Origin: Octopus bimaculoides
Lineage: Eukaryota
DNA: 64,000 bases
NCBI RefSeq assembly: GCF_001194135.2
Contig: NC_068983.1
Location: 157,234,720-157,298,719 of the forward strand
Direction: 5' to 3'
In this document: positions 61,909 to 64,000 of the stretch, piece by piece
How the letters are laid out: every line of letters starts with the position of its first letter
Position numbering within the stretch: the first letter of the stretch is position 1
Translations under genes and position numbers: made by a program
Notes under the pieces: model-generated
Told to the model about the DNA's origin: nothing
The model's database searches: none
What the model saw: only the letters and a program-made list of their open reading frames with translations

Positions 61909-62171
61909 CACACGCGTAATTTTTAAGACCATGACATGTGTTTTTTATGTGGCACCAGTACCAGTGTTTTTTTACATGGCACCTTATTTATATTTGAAAA
62001 TATAAAAGATAGATAATACACTATTTGTTTAACAGTCAAAAGAGAATAAGCTATTTTGTCAATACCTTTTGGACTGCAATCTGGCAAAGTACGTGTTTTA
62101 CGGCCGCGTTTTGGAGTTCGAAGATCTTCAGTAGTTATAATACTCATATCTAGCTCTAATTTCCGTTTAGC
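50572..62171 (-). CDS. E2F3: Activator-class E2F transcription factor (E2F1/2/3-like), 5'-partial, 324 aa recovered
   Basis: join complement(62066..62171, 60828..60919, 60101..60225, 58888..58961, 55502..55601, 54514..54628, 52804..52966, 50572..50771) = 975 nt, phase-consistent. Cyclin-binding-type [67 protein letters not shown], and pocket-protein motif [16 protein letters not shown]. One invertebrate gene is expected to be co-orthologous to E2F1/2/3, so the symbol is approximate. Confidence 0.93.
52540..52785. repeat. Unclassified dispersed repeat (GTCACCAAG...GACAGAAACAGGTGTCTTGCTGTAGAGGAG)
   Basis: copies near 32190, 36520, 59380 and 63810. Confidence 0.6.
52804..52966 (-). CDS. E2F3: E2F exon (end of marked box); 5' boundary could be 52978
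   Basis: tatgcag|[18 protein letters not shown]...SCDSFK A|gtaagt. Confidence 0.85.
53150..53385 (-). mobile_element. Dispersed repeat with an RTE-like (CAT)n terminal module, probably a SINE
   Basis: CATCATTATCATTTGAGGCCCACTTTTTCATGCTTGCA...CTCACCTGTTTCC.GGTAAGGTAATATT; copies near 22380, 34255, 45410, 51450, 61480 and 63310. Confidence 0.65.
54514..54628 (-). CDS. E2F3: E2F exon (marked box)
   Basis: (K)[38 protein letters not shown]|gtgagg. Confidence 0.92.
54629..55501 (-). other. U12-type (minor spliceosome) intron with AT-AA termini
   Basis: 5' ATATCCTTTT; branch-site-like TTCTTTAAT at 54647..54639; intron ends ...tcttAA; no in-frame GT-AG solution; same position and phase as the recalled AT-AC intron of vertebrate E2Fs. 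Confidence 0.8.
55502..55601 (-). CDS. E2F3: E2F exon (coiled coil), ends at a U12-type donor
   Basis: gttgatag|(E)[34 protein letters not shown]|ATATCCTTTT. Confidence 0.9.
55800..56028 (-). mobile_element. RTE 3' end running into an assembly gap
   Basis: same terminal sequence as the 4519 and 13758 copies. Confidence 0.85.
58204..58722. repeat. Inverted repeat with 154-bp arms and a 211-bp spacer, in an E2F intron
   Basis: 58204..58357 pairs with 58569..58722, including a long essentially perfect core. Confidence 0.85.
58888..58961 (-). CDS. E2F3: E2F exon
   Basis: tatttacag|(K)[25 protein letters not shown]|gtactt; its phases (2 in, 1 out) bridge the flanking exons. Confidence 0.85.
60101..60225 (-). 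CDS. E2F3: E2F exon (DEF box)
   Basis: cattttcag|[43 protein letters not shown]|gtaagt. Confidence 0.96.
60310..60810 (+). mobile_element. Full-length tRNA-derived SINE with an internal (TG/TA)n microsatellite
   Basis: box A-like TGGCTGTTTGG, box B-like GGTTCAGTCCC, CORE-like GCACC.TGGGCAAGT segment, microsatellite, AATAAGTACTAGG..GGGGTTGATTT segment, tail CCAGCATGGCCGCAG. Confidence 0.82.
60475..60568. repeat. Compound (TG)n/(CA)n/(TA)n microsatellite inside a SINE
   Basis: directly visible. Confidence 0.95.
60828..60919 (-). CDS. E2F3: E2F exon (start of winged-helix DNA-binding domain)
   Basis: tgttttccag|(V)[30 protein letters not shown]|gtaagt. Confidence 0.95.
62066..62171 (-). CDS. 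E2F3: E2F exon (RxL-type cyclin docking and basic NLS-like segment)
   Basis: tcttttcag|[36 protein letters not shown]|gtattg. Confidence 0.88.
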
Positions 62172-64000
62172 CTGAAAAGAAATTAAGTTGAATTAGTCGA
62201 TCTTTTTTGTTAAATTTGAAATGTTAAAAGTAGTCCAAAAAGATACTCAAAATTTAACTGCAGAGAATGAATATACATCAGACAGAAAAAAAAGAAGAAA
62301 AAAAACAGATTTTAATCTCACCTATTACCCAGATTAGAATGAATAAAGTTTTTGCCAATAAAGTTATTCTGAAGAAGTAAAAAAAAACATACTTTGGCAA
62401 CTGTAATCAATCTGAAAGCTAAGTTTGACAGTGCATATATATACCAGATTTTAGAACAGCCACATTTATATCCTTTGTGTGTTGTAAGAAATAACTATGA
62501 GTTGCTGTCAGGAAGGACATCTAGCCGTAAAATACTTGGACATAATGATGGTGTTTGTGATAGCAAGCCTATTTTTTTGAATTTATATGTCAAATATTTT
62601 ATACAATTTATAATCATATGTCCGTAAATATACACACACACCAATGTGTGTGATCAAAATACTAATCTGATACTCAACTTCAAAGACAAATGATTCATAC
62701 TAAAAGATGACTTATCCCCAAGCACAAAGGTGTATTTCCACTCCTTGTAACTATTGGAGAAAAATGCCTGCTGGAATAGTCTGTAAGAATGTAACTAAGA
62801 CCATTGCATCAGCTGTATAATGGAGAGTGCATCTGGCCTCTTGAAGACAAAGTCTGATTCAATTCTATATGTGAATTAAGACAAAAGAAAACAAGTCTTT
62901 ATGTAGTCACTCAACCAGCTAGAAATAGTAGCTGTATCTTTGAAAATGGACACATTGAATTAAGTAGTTCTAAATACATTCAAAAAGATGGATGGTCACA
63001 GTCAGAATACTTTTGATCACAGGTCTACTCAAACTCAATTGAAAAGAGATACTGCTTTGGCAACAAGATTATTCAGAATGAAAAAGACCAGGAAAGCTGA
63101 ATCAATTTTAGCAGACACCATTTCTTACACTGAGACACCAATGTGGTTATGTGGTTAAAAATTTTACCTCCCAACCACATGGTTCGAAGTTCAGTCCAAC
63201 TGTGTTGCACCTTGGGCAAGTATTTTCTACTATTGCCTAGTGGTTGAATTTGGTAGAAACTGAAAGACAGCATGTATGTGTGTGTGTGTGTATATATCAA
63301 TGTAGGTGTATATGTGTCTCCTTGTCTTGACATCATGTGATAGTCAAAAATGAGTGTCACTGTCATACAAACAGTGTCATTCATTTCTAATATTTTGTGA
63401 ATATATGTTTTATTTGTTTCATGAAAACTATGTCTAACCATGGGGAAATATTACCTTGCTTGGAAATAGTTGAGAGTTGGCAACTAGAAGGGCATCTAGT
63501 CATAGAAAATGTGCCCCAGTTAGTTTTGTCCAACATATGAAAGCATAGAAGAATGGCTCTTTAAATGGTGATGATGAATACAAGCAATAGCCAAATTCAA
63601 ATTAAATTCTTGAGTCATCTAAATGAAAGGCAACTTTTAGATCAAGGTTATAGGTAACCATTTCAAAGATCATCATCATCATCTATTTTCCATACTGACA
63701 GGCTAAAAGACTGCACTAATCTCTACTAACTGCTTTGGCAAGTTTTCTATGGTTTGATTGACTTCCGAATACCGACTGCTTTACAAAGTACACTGAGTGC
63801 TTTTTACATGGCACCAGCAAACTCACTTGCAAGACAATGACCACTTAGTTGAGTAAGGAGTAGAATTGAGGGAGGTGGTCTTGTGCAAGGTGATGAGAGG
63901 TTAGAGTATTACAGAGGAACAGAAACAAGTGTCTTGCTGTAGAGAGTATACATAGCTACCCCAGTTGGAAAAGGGGAGAGAAAATGGTGAAGAAAATGTG

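Overview
AT-rich, repeat-dense eukaryotic genomic DNA from a gapped draft assembly. The repeat landscape suggests a coleoid cephalopod, probably Octopus (inference). I reconstructed four intron-containing housekeeping genes by hand from splice sites, codon phase and recalled protein homology. (1) MRPS25, minus strand, exons 1-3; the last exon lies left of the window. (2) An ARMC10/ARMCX-like armadillo protein with an N-terminal membrane anchor, plus strand, 5 exons, 487 aa, head-to-head with MRPS25 with only 257 bp between the ATGs. (3) Rabenosyn-5 (RBSN/ZFYVE20), minus strand, 8 coding exons, 492 aa. (4) An activator-class E2F (E2F1/2/3-like), minus strand, 8 coding exons, first coding exon not found. 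Introns and intergenic DNA hold RTE-type LINE 3' ends, tRNA-derived SINEs, CR1/L2-like and Penelope-like fragments, a deleted mariner, piggyBac-type MITEs, foldback elements and microsatellites. Most ORF-track entries are non-coding noise, and the long X-filled ORFs are N-gap artefacts. The most interesting observations are the apparent MRPS25-RBSN linkage shared with human 3p25, a minor-spliceosome intron with AT-AA ends in E2F, FFAT/LIR-like motifs in the ARMC10-like linker, and a zero-spacer LINE palindrome. I found no evidence for a wholly new multi-gene system. Repeat coordinates are approximate; no database searches were run.
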